A stretch of DNA of 64,000 bases from Candidatus Altiarchaeota archaeon (GTDB taxonomy: Archaea; Altiarchaeota; Altiarchaeia; IMC4; QMZM01). The stretch covers positions 1 to 64,000 of the forward strand of contig JAFGDV010000002.1 in assembly GCA_016931955.1 (NCBI GenBank), given 5' to 3'. The position numbers and the translations under genes were made by a program. Below are positions 47,615 through 57,930 of this stretch, in pieces. The notes beneath the pieces were generated by a model. The model saw only the letters and a program-made list of their open reading frames with translations. It was not told the DNA's origin and did no database searches. Numbering within the stretch: the stretch's first letter is position 1; the number at the start of each line of letters is the position of its first letter.

Positions 47615-49762
47615 ATGAAGCCCATTATTTCTCATATCCTGTGGATCGGCATTTTTACATTACTTGTCTGGGGATTTCTCGCACCCCTGGTTGATGCTGC
47701 CTTTGATATTGGTATGGACATAGAATTAAGCGATACCGAGATCGACGCAGGCGATTCATTCAATGTCCGGATAAACATCACCAACAAAGACGATGAGGAT
47801 ATAGAAACATCAGATGACATACGGATAACGATCGAGGCCGATGGTGATGTAGTCCACTATGATATAGAGAACAGGAACATACCAGAGAATACATCAGAGA
47901 TCATAAGCATTTCATCAAGTAATTTTAAGACAGATGAGGGGGAGGATATATGGGGCGAGTCCCTCATGGGCTACGAATGTGGGAGTATCAGCTTAAAGGT
48001 GACCGTTTCAGGCGATGTTAAATCATCAAGTGATAGTGAAACCGTGAAGATCGTAGGCGATAAGCTCTACGTCGCCATGGAGCCTGAAAACCCCACCACT
48101 GGAAAAAATATAGGGGTTCAAGTCGAAGACGAAAACGGCGACCCACTTGATGACATATATGTGAGAATAGTGCGGCTTGGGGATGCAGGGTGGGATATCG
48201 ACGACGTGAAGAGGGAGAAAAAAACAGACAACGGTGAGGCAACATTCGACGCTGTGGATGAGGACTTTCGGTTCAAAGACGACCCCTACGGAAAATACCA
48301 ATTGAGTGTCTGGGAGGACGGCTACTGCCTTTACAGGAAGGCCTTCGAAGTCACAAACAAGCTCAAGATAACAGAGGCTCCTGAAAACCCATATGCCGGA
48401 GATGAGATAAAGGTGAAAATCCTGGACATAAATGACAACAGAGTGGAGGGAGCAAGGGTAGCGGTAAGCGGTGTAGGCGGTTTAGTCGGCTCATACAACT
48501 CGGACAGCAGCGGTTATGCTAAATTCAAATTAGAGAGCCAAGGAAGCTATACCCTCCTCGCCTCAAAGACAGGTTATGAGGATAGTGACATTGTCTCAAT
48601 AACGGTCAAGGACAGGAGGGGTATGGACGTTAGGATTGATCCAATAAAGCAAGCGATAGGGCAGGATGTTTCAATAACGATAACCTCTGGGGGGAATCCC
48701 ATAGAAAACGCCGAGGTCATGATAGAGAAACCCGACGGCTCAAAGGACACCCTGTCAACATCCTCAACAGGGAAGATGGTCTACAAGCCAAGCATGTCTG
48801 GCACATATGATATAACAGTCAAAAAACAGGGCTATGAAACAACAACTTCCAGTTTCATTGCTATGAATTTCTTCAATGTCTCAGTTCCAGAGAAGCTAGA
48901 GCTAAAAGATGAAGTAACCATTACAGTGAGGAACCAAGACGGCAGAAACATTGAAGGCGCTTCCGTCGAAATCGTGGGTTCGATCATCAACGGCTTGACG
49001 GATTCCGCGGGTAAATTTAGCTTCATCTTGGATAACGTAGGTGAGTACGTCTTATCGATAAAGAAAGAGGGCTACGAGGATTATAGTGAGAAGCTAACCT
49101 TTTATGGGAGCCTTACGGTGAGGGTAACCCCTGAGGTGATAGACCTGGGTGATTCAGTGGAGATAAGGGTACTGGATGAAGAAGGAAGAGAGATTGACGT
49201 AGACATGGTCATAGAGAAACCAGATGGTAGAAAGGAGAACATCAAGGGAAGCACTCATACATTAACGCCCAACTTGGCTGGATCCTACAACGTAACGGCG
49301 AACAAAAGGTATTACACACCATCAACAGCTGACTTCACGGTCAACCCCTACCAACTTGACCTTAACGTCTGGGTGAGTGGCAGTAATCTGATGATAAAGG
49401 CAACCAGGAACAATGAACCGGTTGGAAACATCAGCGTGTCTGTTCTGACACCCGACGATGACGAAATCTTCCTCAAAACTGATGAGGAGGGTGTTGCAAG
49501 GCTCAACATAAGGGAACTAAACCAGACTGGGACCTTCACCATAAGTTCTGTGGACATCAACTACGAGAAAAAAACAGTCACAAGGGAGATAACTGGTGCT
49601 GGAGAGAACCTTCTGCCACTGCTTCTGTTGATAATATTGGTCGTGGTATTGCTTATCATACTGATATCCCTTACCCTGTATATAAGCCACAAGAGCAAAA
49701 GAAGCGCCTTACCAAGTGAAAAAACAAAGAAAACAAAGGGTGGAGGCCTCGGTAGGCTCTGA
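47615..49762 (+). CDS. Second large Ig-repeat membrane-anchored surface protein (paralog of the upstream gene)
   Basis: Same architecture and shared motifs (ECG, YC, KPDG, GxYxxxxxKxGY, TVNP), C-terminal TM and basic tail. Confidence 0.8.
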   Translation: MKPIISHILWIGIFTLLVWGFLAPLVDAAFDIGMDIELSDTEIDAGDSFNVRINITNKDDEDIETSDDIRITIEADGDVVHYDIENRNIPENTSEIISISSSNFKTDEGEDIWGESLMGYECGSISLKVTVSGDVKSSSDSETVKIVGDKLYVAMEPENPTTGKNIGVQVEDENGDPLDDIYVRIVRLGDAGWDIDDVKREKKTDNGEATFDAVDEDFRFKDDPYGKYQLSVWEDGYCLYRKAFEVTNKLKITEAPENPYAGDEIKVKILDINDNRVEGARVAVSGVGGLVGSYNSDSSGYAKFKLESQGSYTLLASKTGYEDSDIVSITVKDRRGMDVRIDPIKQAIGQDVSITITSGGNPIENAEVMIEKPDGSKDTLSTSSTGKMVYKPSMSGTYDITVKKQGYETTTSSFIAMNFFNVSVPEKLELKDEVTITVRNQDGRNIEGASVEIVGSIINGLTDSAGKFSFILDNVGEYVLSIKKEGYEDYSEKLTFYGSLTVRVTPEVIDLGDSVEIRVLDEEGREIDVDMVIEKPDGRKENIKGSTHTLTPNLAGSYNVTANKRYYTPSTADFTVNPYQLDLNVWVSGSNLMIKATRNNEPVGNISVSVLTPDDDEIFLKTDEEGVARLNIRELNQTGTFTISSVDINYEKKTVTREITGAGENLLPLLLLIILVVVLLIILISLTLYISHKSKRSALPSEKTKKTKGGGLGRL

Positions 49763-49809
49763 CCAACTTCTTCTGCTATTTATCCTCTCTAGTCCATTCT
49801 TATAACACT

Positions 49810-50862
49810 ATGATAGAAGTAAACACCAACATACTGGGCTCATTTGCTTTAAAGGGAGGGAGGATAATAAAGAAGATACTCTTCCCAAAAGACACGATAA
49901 AACTCGCAGAAAAACTTATGGAAATAGAAAACGCCGTCTGTGATGAAGAAAAAGAGCTTATCTCTTATTTGTTGGAAACTGGAACGAAATCCATAAAGCT
50001 CAGGGACCCGGACAGATTCTCCATGTATCGTGGGGATATGGATTTACTTGAAGACAAGACCCCAACCAGTTTGTTGGATATCGCATCAGAGCTGGGGATA
50101 CCTGAGAAAGATGTTACCAAACTGCTGGATAGCGTTAATCTGGAGATAACCAAGGTAAGGATGAGGGAGATAAGCAGGGACCAGCTTATAATGCAGGCTG
50201 TCGCATCTATCGATGAATTGGAGGAATCAATAAATACACTTATAAAGAGGCTTCGTGAATGGTATTCCCTGAATTTCCCAGAACTCGATTTTTTGGTGAA
50301 AAAACATGACTTATATGCTAAGCTTGTGAGCTCTGACCTAAGAGATGCTGATGAGGGTCTAAGAAAGAGTATTGAGGAAGCTAGGAAGCAAACCCTTGGC
50401 GTGGACTTCTCCGAGGAGGACAAAAAATCAGTAAAGTACCTGTCAGATAGTATTTTAGGTCTTTACATGGCTGAACAGAACATTGAGTCATACATCGAAG
50501 AGGCTATGGGGGGTATAGCTCCGAACATGGCTGCACTGGCTGGCCCCATACTCTCCGCCAGGATTATCTCGCTTGCTGGAGGCTTAGAGAGGCTGGCTAA
50601 ACTGCCGGCGAGCACAATCCAGGTTTTGGGTGCAGAGGATTCCTTCTTTAGGTTCCTGAGGACTGGGGAGAGGCCACCCAAACATGGGGTGATATTCCAG
50701 CTCCCTGAGATAAGGTCCGCACCAAAGAAGGTCAGGGGTAAGGTATCTCGCATCTTTGCCGCTAAGATGGCCATCGCCGCTAGAACTGACTTCTTTAGGG
50801 GGGAATTTATTGGGGATAAGCTCAGGGGTGACTTTTTAGGGAAGCTAGAAAAGTTGAAATGA
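49810..50862 (+). CDS. nop5: C/D box sRNP protein Nop5 (Nop56/58)
   Basis: RLREWY..NFPEL, IAPN...LAG, LPASTIQVLGAE, PPKHGVIFQ, RGK..R..A.K motifs. Confidence 0.92.
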   Translation: MIEVNTNILGSFALKGGRIIKKILFPKDTIKLAEKLMEIENAVCDEEKELISYLLETGTKSIKLRDPDRFSMYRGDMDLLEDKTPTSLLDIASELGIPEKDVTKLLDSVNLEITKVRMREISRDQLIMQAVASIDELEESINTLIKRLREWYSLNFPELDFLVKKHDLYAKLVSSDLRDADEGLRKSIEEARKQTLGVDFSEEDKKSVKYLSDSILGLYMAEQNIESYIEEAMGGIAPNMAALAGPILSARIISLAGGLERLAKLPASTIQVLGAEDSFFRFLRTGERPPKHGVIFQLPEIRSAPKKVRGKVSRIFAAKMAIAARTDFFRGEFIGDKLRGDFLGKLEKLK

Positions 50863-51764
50863 ATCCGGAGGTTACTTCATTGGGTGATGTAAACGTCGAC
50901 ATCATCACAGCGAAGTTGGAGAACATGCCTGAAAGGGATTCCCAGACTCTTGTTCCAACTATTAGATTAAGCTCTGGGGGTTGTGCTGCAAACCTCGCTA
51001 AGGCCTTGAACAGGCTCGGAACAAAGGCGAGGTTAATCGGCAAGGTGGGGGATGACTTCTTCGGTGGTTTCCTTGGGGGTGACTTGGAAGGCGTCGACCT
51101 GAGGCTTTCAGTCGGCAGTAGAACTGGCATTACTGTTGGAATCACCTTCGAAGACAATACAAGGTCTTTTATAACCTATCCGGGATCGAATTCGGAATTG
51201 GTTTATGGGGACATAGACTTTGATCTTATCGAGGGTAGATGCCTCCACATCGCGAGCTTCTTCCTCCAAGGCCTAAGGGAGAACACGAAAAAAATCCTTG
51301 ATTTCGCCCACAGCAAGGGGATGGTTACCTCATTTGACACGGGATGGGATCCACGTGGTTGGTCTTCTGGGGACCAGGAATTGGTAAGAGAAACCCTGAA
51401 ACACGTTGACTTGTTTTTCCCCAACGTAAAGGAGGGAGAAGCGATTACTGAAGCTCGGGATGAGCGGACTATTTGCGGGAGGCTTCTGGATATGGGTCCA
51501 CGGGTTGTTGCACTGAAGGCTGGGAACAGGGGGTGTTATGTAGCCAGTGAGGGTGATTTTTTCTTTGTACCCTCTTTTAGGGTTGATTCCTTAGACACTA
51601 CAGGTGCAGGGGATGTGTTTGATGCGGGTTTTGTCTATGGTTATCTCAAGGGCTGGGATCTTGAACTGATGGGTAGATTCGCGAACGCTGCTGCCGCATT
51701 AAGCACCACAGGCTATGGAACCCAAAAGTACCCGACCCTTGAGGAAGTGGGGAAACTGCTGTAA
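50859..51764 (+). CDS. PfkB family carbohydrate kinase
   Basis: GG.AAN.A, GKVGDD.FG, FPN..E, DTTGAGD.F motifs. Confidence 0.92.
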   Translation: MNPEVTSLGDVNVDIITAKLENMPERDSQTLVPTIRLSSGGCAANLAKALNRLGTKARLIGKVGDDFFGGFLGGDLEGVDLRLSVGSRTGITVGITFEDNTRSFITYPGSNSELVYGDIDFDLIEGRCLHIASFFLQGLRENTKKILDFAHSKGMVTSFDTGWDPRGWSSGDQELVRETLKHVDLFFPNVKEGEAITEARDERTICGRLLDMGPRVVALKAGNRGCYVASEGDFFFVPSFRVDSLDTTGAGDVFDAGFVYGYLKGWDLELMGRFANAAAALSTTGYGTQKYPTLEEVGKLL

Positions 51765-51781
51765 GCCATCAGAAAAGGTGT

Positions 51782-52447
51782 TTAGGTGAAGAGTTTGTGG
51801 ACCCATGATTTTCCTTTTTTCTCTTTTATGTTCTCTTTGGTTTTTTTGTCGATGAGTGTCAGTAGTTTTGTCGCTGAGTTTGATTCGAGTAGTATGATAA
51901 AGTTTCCTGAGACTTCTCCCTTCAGACCCTTGAATTCTACCTCAACTATGAGACCGACGTTGACCTCTCTCCGCACCCCTAGGAGGACGAAGTTTACTAT
52001 GGAGCTTGCAAAATTAAAAACCGTTACTGGTTGTGATGGATAGATCTTTATTTCTACGAAATCGGCTATTGCATTCATGAACGTTGCCGTCAGGATGCTT
52101 CCAATCTCTTCCAGGATTGAACGACCTTCCATATCCACCATATCCGTGGTCCCGACCTCCCTGCCCTCTAGTGTGTCTATGAATATGAGGGCTGTTTTCC
52201 GCGGGAATATCAGGATGGTTGTACCAGAGATATCCCCCAGAACCCGTGAGTATACGCCTACAGACAGGACGTTATTTTTGCCGAAGTATTTTGGTATCTG
52301 GCTTATGGGTATGAGGCTTAGTTTAGTGAGCCTAACATTGACTCTCTCATCTATCATCTTTGAGAGAGCTGTGCTTGAATGCCACATCGCTATTGCTATA
52401 ACCTCTTTTAGAGCATCCTTCGCTAGTTCGGTTAAGTTAAGTGTCAC
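51782..52447 (-). CDS. cheC: CheC-like protein (both active-site Asn absent)
   Basis: CheC pattern: DALKEVIAI...ALSKM, G.I.G, SILEEIGSIL. Confidence 0.8.
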   Translation of the reverse strand: MTLNLTELAKDALKEVIAIAMWHSSTALSKMIDERVNVRLTKLSLIPISQIPKYFGKNNVLSVGVYSRVLGDISGTTILIFPRKTALIFIDTLEGREVGTTDMVDMEGRSILEEIGSILTATFMNAIADFVEIKIYPSQPVTVFNFASSIVNFVLLGVRREVNVGLIVEVEFKGLKGEVSGNFIILLESNSATKLLTLIDKKTKENIKEKKGKSWVHKLFT

Positions 52448-52648
52448 TTTTGATATTCCCGTTAAATATAAAGGGTTGCATTCATATTAAAACTTGATGC
52501 AGTTTAAACCGGTCTGGTCTGATTCCATGGGGAGCCTGATTACAGGAAAAAAAAGTCGCTAGGGTTTATGACGCAACGAGAGATAGGAAGAAAGAAATCG
52601 TCACTTTCGCTGAGTGCTTGGGGAAGAAACCTATTCTAGGAGAATGTT

Positions 52649-52691
52649 AAAAAAGGATGGATTCTCCATTCGATCAATGGAGAATGTATCC
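52649..52691 (-). terminator. Hairpin plus T6 terminator after cheW
   Basis: Perfect 10-bp stem attctccatt (52661-52670) / aatggagaat (52676-52685); A6 at 52649-52654; immediately after the cheW stop. Confidence 0.7.
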
Positions 52692-53237
52692 TCACTTTGG
52701 TTTCTTTTCCAGTGTTTTTAGCTCGTCTAACTGCTCTTCATCTAAGAGGTTTTCTCCTTCAATGGTCTTCTGTATGTTGTCTATATGTTCATAGTCTTCA
52801 TCAACCAAGACCTTGCTTAGATCCAACAGGATGAGCAGTCTTTCGCCTATTATACCCACGCCTTCCAGGTAGTCTGAACTGACCCTCTTCGCTATTATTG
52901 AGGGCGCTGGCTCAACCTGGTCACTGTTAAGCCTCATAACCTCTGTGGCTGAGTCAACTATCATACCAACTGTGTTTCCAACTACTTCAAGGACTATTAT
53001 CCTTGTGTCGGTGTTGGCCTTCCTCAGGGGGAGACCCAACTTCATGGCAAGATTTATGACTACCACGATCCCTCCTCTGAGGTTGATGACTCCTTCGATG
53101 TATTCTGCTGTATTGGGTATCTTCGTTATTTCCTCCATACGGATGATCTCTCGAACATCGCTTATGTTCACACCGAATTCCTCATCACTAAGGGTAAAGA
53201 CTACAATCTGCCTCTCCTCATCATCTCCTCCTTTCAT
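52692..53237 (-). CDS. cheW: Chemotaxis coupling protein CheW
   Basis: VVF.L..EEFG, V.EII, IP....YIEGVINLRG, VGMIVD motifs; ATG 53237 follows a GAGGGAG SD. Confidence 0.93.
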   Translation of the reverse strand: MKGGDDEERQIVVFTLSDEEFGVNISDVREIIRMEEITKIPNTAEYIEGVINLRGGIVVVINLAMKLGLPLRKANTDTRIIVLEVVGNTVGMIVDSATEVMRLNSDQVEPAPSIIAKRVSSDYLEGVGIIGERLLILLDLSKVLVDEDYEHIDNIQKTIEGENLLDEEQLDELKTLEKKPK

Positions 53238-53279
53238 TTCTCCCTCTAATCCTAGTCTTGCAGGCATTCTATGCACCCC

Positions 53280-55412
53280 TCAGATTCTTTCATTACCTAG
53301 TTTTAATCGTCCCGTGTTTCCTATGTCATCAAAGCTTCTAGCTCCAAATTGGCCTTGCTCTCTTATCTTGAACTTGGAAACAACGGTCTTCAGCTCCTCG
53401 GCGCTGAGGTTGAATTGTTGAGCTGTCTTTGACACCTGCTGCATGGAGGCTGTGACGCTCTGCACTGAAGAGGATACCTCCTCAGAGCTGGCCGCGTTTT
53501 CTTGAGCTACCTCTGCCATCTCAACCAGTGAGCTGGTCACACCCTGTACTAGGTCGGGTATTGCTTCGAATGACTTCATCGCCTCTTTTACGGCGGCTAT
53601 ACCTTCCTCGACCTGCTTTGTGTTGTCATCCATTGTGCTGACTGCATGTGATATCTCGTTCTGTATGTCCGTTATCAAACCCGCAATCTGTTCGCTTGCG
53701 CCTCTCGAGTCCTCGGCGAGCTTCCGTACCTCGTCTGCTACAACCGCGAATCCTCTTCCAGCTTCACCTGCTCTTGCGGCCTCAATCGCTGCGTTCAGCG
53801 CCAGTAGGTTGGTCTGCTCTGCTATGTCCTTGATCGTGTCCACGATCCTACCTATCTCCTCTGACTTTCCGCCAAGTGATCCGATCTTTGAAGCGCTTTC
53901 CTTTGATGTAACGCTTATCTGAGCCATCTTTTCGTTCACGAGCTTGGCTGACTTGCTTCCTTCTTCGGCGCTCTCTGCTGTTTTCTTGGCTAATTCCTGC
54001 GACTCTGTGGCCCCTTGTGAAACGATCTGCACCCCTTTGACGATCTCCTGCATTGTCGAAGCTACTTGTTCCATCGCCGCATTTGTTTCCTCGGACGACG
54101 CTGAAAGCTCCTCAGCAGCTACTGCTGTTGAAGTGGCGTTATTCTTTATGTTTCCTATCAGATCCATGAGGTTGCTGGCCATTGTCGCGAATGCATTACC
54201 TATCATACCTACCTCATTCTTAGCGGATATGCCAACGACATCTAGGGTAAGATCACCAGCTGCTACACGCTGCATCTGCCTGACTATCAGGTTAAGCCGG
54301 TTGGTCAGGAAGTTCGCGAAGAAGTAAGCCGCCAGTGAACCGAGTACTATAGCCAGTGCACACACCATTATCGTCATGTCCTGAATCTGTATTATCCCAT
54401 CATCGAAGTCTTCCCCGTAGGCGCTTGAAGCGATGACCCATTCCCACTCATCGAAATATGCGAAGGCTGCAAGCTTGCTCGAAGCCCTGCTTTCTCCTTT
54501 ATTCGCCCACGTGTAACGGTATACGTCTGTCTCTCCCTCACTCAGGGCTGTTGCCTTGTCTATTATCTCTTGTATGAAGAGGGTTCCATCATCCAACTTC
54601 GAATTGATGATGTTCTGTCCATCGCTCTCCCTCTTGTATGAGAGAACATAGTTCCCTTTTGTGTCAAGTATCCAGATGTATCCCCGCTCTCCTATGACTA
54701 CCTTGGCGAGGTTGCCCTTCAGTGTTTCCTGATACTCATTCTCAGGCACGCCAACGTATAGGACGCCTATCACCTTATTGCTTTCATCCTTTATTGGTTC
54801 ATAAGCGCTTAGGTAGTACCCAGTCACCACGAATGCTCTTCCGTAGTAGGTCTGACCCCTCATCACAGTCTGATAAACCTCTGAATCAGATGGGATGTAT
54901 GTTCCAACAGCCCTTGAACCATCCAGGTTAAGGACATTGGTTGATATCCTCAACAGCCCGTTAGGGATGACTTGGAATACTGTCGCTGTCCCGCCCACCA
55001 TGCTCTGGATTTCGTCAACGATCTCGTAGTTGTAAGCAAGCTGCTTTTCGCCTATCTTCATCTTTGAGATGGTTACTGGCTGGCTGCCTTGGGTTACCTG
55101 GTTTACGGCGGTGAACTCCATTGTCTCCATTGGATCCAAGTAGGGCCTGCCATAGCCATACATAACGCTGCTGGCAACCCTCAGATCAGAGTTCACCTTG
55201 CTCTGCGCCACCTCATAGATGTTCTGAACATCCTTTGAGATTATCAGGGCTTGCTCTTGCAGCATTCCTTCGATCTGATTGAAGGTCTCTCTACTGGTCG
55301 AATCATAGCTGATGTAACCAAGCGTTACTACTGGTATCGACACCAGCAAGATGCAGATAGCCATCAGTTGCCATCTAATACTTATATCATTAAATATGTT
55401 TTTGATGTTCAT
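53280..55412 (-). CDS. Methyl-accepting chemotaxis protein with tandem Cache domains and HAMP
   Basis: Two TM helices, Cache motifs ([29 protein letters not shown]; GYIWI..YRYTW), HAMP, and tip [37 protein letters not shown]. Confidence 0.95.
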   Translation of the reverse strand: MNIKNIFNDISIRWQLMAICILLVSIPVVTLGYISYDSTSRETFNQIEGMLQEQALIISKDVQNIYEVAQSKVNSDLRVASSVMYGYGRPYLDPMETMEFTAVNQVTQGSQPVTISKMKIGEKQLAYNYEIVDEIQSMVGGTATVFQVIPNGLLRISTNVLNLDGSRAVGTYIPSDSEVYQTVMRGQTYYGRAFVVTGYYLSAYEPIKDESNKVIGVLYVGVPENEYQETLKGNLAKVVIGERGYIWILDTKGNYVLSYKRESDGQNIINSKLDDGTLFIQEIIDKATALSEGETDVYRYTWANKGESRASSKLAAFAYFDEWEWVIASSAYGEDFDDGIIQIQDMTIMVCALAIVLGSLAAYFFANFLTNRLNLIVRQMQRVAAGDLTLDVVGISAKNEVGMIGNAFATMASNLMDLIGNIKNNATSTAVAAEELSASSEETNAAMEQVASTMQEIVKGVQIVSQGATESQELAKKTAESAEEGSKSAKLVNEKMAQISVTSKESASKIGSLGGKSEEIGRIVDTIKDIAEQTNLLALNAAIEAARAGEAGRGFAVVADEVRKLAEDSRGASEQIAGLITDIQNEISHAVSTMDDNTKQVEEGIAAVKEAMKSFEAIPDLVQGVTSSLVEMAEVAQENAASSEEVSSSVQSVTASMQQVSKTAQQFNLSAEELKTVVSKFKIREQGQFGARSFDDIGNTGRLKLGNERI

Positions 55413-55456
55413 CTATATCACCTTTTTCTTTCTTTATTTTGTTTTTTTAATCTTAT

Positions 55457-55505
55457 ATGGGCAGTTTGATAGCTGGGGTGGGTGCGCCCATCAGACCACC
55501 CTAAG
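55457..55505 (-). ncRNA. Candidate structured 5' leader (H-type pseudoknot) of the mcp-cheW transcript
   Basis: GC-rich island with two interleaved 6-bp stems, located between the TATA box TTTATATA (55536-55543) and the SD AGGTGA (55418-55423). Confidence 0.4.
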
Positions 55506-55716
55506 TTTTATCTTCTAAAGTTATTTCTGCAAACTTATATAAATATGTTTCTATATTTCTACGTCGGCATAGTGATATCTCAACATAATTATCATTTGAC
55601 TAAACGCTCATGAGCCACATTATAAGTCAAAAGAATGCATATAACATCTGAAGATGGCTGTATTAGATCAACAAAAAATAGGTTAAGTATTTACTTATTA
55701 CTGCCATCTTATGCTA

Positions 55717-56130
55717 TCACTTATAAAAGATAGGTTTACCTTTAGATCGGACCAACCAATACTCTACAGTCCTGCCAACCCTCTTCCTTGAGATAACACC
55801 CTTGCTCTCCAAACTCTTAAGATGTTTACTGAGGGTTGGTTTGGTTACCCTTGTTTTCCCGAGCAATTCAGTAAAATTCAGTTTACCTTTGTCTAAGGCT
55901 GCTAATATACTGTCTTCAAGATTTTCCTCCCCAATTGTCAACCTTTCTTTACCAATCATCGACTTGATCTCCATTACCTCCATAAACAACCGAGGGATTA
56001 TGCCAGAATCCTCACCCAGTAGCCTGCGATTCAAATCCCTCAAGTCCTCCAATATCTGGGCTATCCTCACATCATCCACACTTCTGCGCCCTATTTCCCC
56101 CCTCAATCTGCTAAGATCATCGGAATCCAT
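55717..56130 (-). CDS. Winged helix-turn-helix DNA-binding protein (ArsR/MarR-like C-terminus, helical N-terminus)
   Basis: LNFTEL...VTKPTLSKHLKSLESKGVISRKRVGR..EY; ATG 56130 lies 1 nt after the cheC stop, with a GGGTGAG SD. Confidence 0.85.
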   Translation of the reverse strand: MDSDDLSRLRGEIGRRSVDDVRIAQILEDLRDLNRRLLGEDSGIIPRLFMEVMEIKSMIGKERLTIGEENLEDSILAALDKGKLNFTELLGKTRVTKPTLSKHLKSLESKGVISRKRVGRTVEYWLVRSKGKPIFYK

Positions 56131-56131
56131 C

Positions 56132-56806
56132 TCACCCAAGCCCCTCCCCAAATGGAGAACCAAGCTTCGTTTGAATGGCTTTGAGGATATTCCCAATTGA
56201 TTTGTCATCAAGTAGGAAAACGAATTCCCCCCTCAGAGATCCCCCAGAACACATAAACTCGGTCTGGGATACTAGAGAATAATTTATTGACTCCTTCACA
56301 CTCAAAAGCACAAAATAGACAATAGCGCTTGCTATATCAAAGACTACTGACGGCACAGACAACTCAACCTCCAGATCCAAGAACTCAGCTAAGGTATTGA
56401 CATACGATGCAGAGAGTATGCTCCCCAGCTCGCCCAAGGCAGACCTATCAATGCTCTTCATAACATCCGTAGTTCCAGGCTCCCTACCGTTCAGTACATC
56501 AACCAGGGACAATGCGCTCTCCCTTGAGAAGAATAGGAGGCTTGTGCCGGCAAGATCCCCCCTCAACCTCACGTATATGCCAGTCACAAGCATATTTTTC
56601 TGTCCCACGCAGCTTGCAATCTGGTCTAAGGGGATCAGATCCATTCCAGACATCTCTATGTCGACCCTCCTATCAATCAATTCAGATAAAGCGATTGTTG
56701 CATGGCCCATACCGATAGTCGCTATCTCCTGTAGCGCGTCAAGCTGAAGCTCTGTCAACTTCCCATACAAGCTATCGCTCTCCACCGCTTCCTTCCTATA
56801 GGACAT
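56132..56806 (-). CDS. cheC: CheC-like protein (both active-site Asn absent)
   Basis: DALQEIATIG.GHA..ALS and SALGELGSIL motifs. Confidence 0.85.
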   Translation of the reverse strand: MSYRKEAVESDSLYGKLTELQLDALQEIATIGMGHATIALSELIDRRVDIEMSGMDLIPLDQIASCVGQKNMLVTGIYVRLRGDLAGTSLLFFSRESALSLVDVLNGREPGTTDVMKSIDRSALGELGSILSASYVNTLAEFLDLEVELSVPSVVFDIASAIVYFVLLSVKESINYSLVSQTEFMCSGGSLRGEFVFLLDDKSIGNILKAIQTKLGSPFGEGLG

Positions 56807-56819
56807 GTTGCTCCCCAGA

Positions 56820-57440
56820 TCAAAGAGACTTCAATTTTCTGTCAATCTTGTTAACCAGAACGCCCAACGAAGACGAATCCAAGAGGAATATGAAATCACC
56901 CGTTATCTCGCCCCTCTTCCCCCTGAATTTGACCTGGATAATCAAAACAGACTCTATCCTCTTATCAATGCCTCGAAGCACGAAATCTATCAGAGACTTT
57001 GCGACGTCAAAAACAATGCAGGGAGGAGAATGATACAAGGTAACACCTAAAAAGTTGCCCAACTCGGTGAGGTAACTTGCCGTCAATATGTTACCAACCT
57101 CTCCCAAGGCAGAGCGATCATCGTAACTTAGAATCTCCGTGGTCCCAATATCCCTGCCGTAGAGCAGGTCAGATAAAGCCAGTGAGCTCTCACGCGAGAG
57201 GACCAAGAGGCTTGTTCCGCCCAGGTCGCCCATCATCCTCAAGTAGATACCCATTGCAAGCGTATCTGGACCCCCCACCCTCTTCGGCACTTCCCCTATA
57301 GGCAGAAACTGCACCTTAGACATCTCTACCTCAACACGGCTTTCAACCATCTTGGAGAGCGACTTTGTGGCAGTGACCATGCCTTTATCCGCAACGCCCT
57401 TTAAAGCCCTCTTTTGTCCCTCCGTAAGTTGAGCAACCAT
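56820..57440 (-). CDS. cheC: CheC-like phosphatase (only site 2 intact)
   Basis: Site 1 is degenerate (RALKGVADKG); site 2 is SALGEVGNIL. Confidence 0.85.
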   Translation of the reverse strand: MVAQLTEGQKRALKGVADKGMVTATKSLSKMVESRVEVEMSKVQFLPIGEVPKRVGGPDTLAMGIYLRMMGDLGGTSLLVLSRESSLALSDLLYGRDIGTTEILSYDDRSALGEVGNILTASYLTELGNFLGVTLYHSPPCIVFDVAKSLIDFVLRGIDKRIESVLIIQVKFRGKRGEITGDFIFLLDSSSLGVLVNKIDRKLKSL

Positions 57441-57450
57441 CTTCTTTTAC

Positions 57451-57930
57451 TTAGATCGAGGTAGTCGGACCATGTATCCTGCTGACGACGACCTCACCTG
57501 TTTCGGTGTCGAACCAGATAGATCTGCCCTCGGTCCCGCCAACATCCTCGGCTACTATCTCAATGCACTTCTCTCTGAGCTTTTTTCTGACTGCTTCCAC
57601 ATTTTTCTTGCCTATGTCAGATATCCTTGGTACGTTGGGGAAAATCTCGGCTCCGCCGCATAGTTTCGCTTTTATATCATGTGTCTTGCAGCCGAGGATG
57701 AGCATGCTCTTTACCATGGCATCTACTGTCTTGTCGACGAACCTCAGGGGATTGATACCCTGAGCAGCCTCTTTGCTATCTGGGAGGATTATGTGAGCTA
57801 AAGCGGCTATCTTTGTCTTCTCGTCTCTTAGACAGATGGCTACGCATGAGCCCAAACCAAGAACCTCCAGTATGCAAGGATTATGTATTATCTTGAACTC
57901 TGCCATGCCGACTGTTATCTTCTTAGTCAT
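57451..57930 (-). CDS. cheD: Chemoreceptor glutamine deamidase CheD
   Basis: GLGSCV, AHIILP, AKLCGGA, IGKKN, EDVGG..GR motifs. Confidence 0.93.
   Translation of the reverse strand: MTKKITVGMAEFKIIHNPCILEVLGLGSCVAICLRDEKTKIAALAHIILPDSKEAAQGINPLRFVDKTVDAMVKSMLILGCKTHDIKAKLCGGAEIFPNVPRISDIGKKNVEAVRKKLREKCIEIVAEDVGGTEGRSIWFDTETGEVVVSRIHGPTTSI

Noticed and set aside
55457-55505. Hammerhead ribozyme, C/D box sRNA or fluoride riboswitch
   Set aside because: CUGAUGG is not the CUGAUGA core, no GAAA or box C/D pair is present, and the fluoride consensus 3' elements are missing. It is kept only as an unassigned structure.
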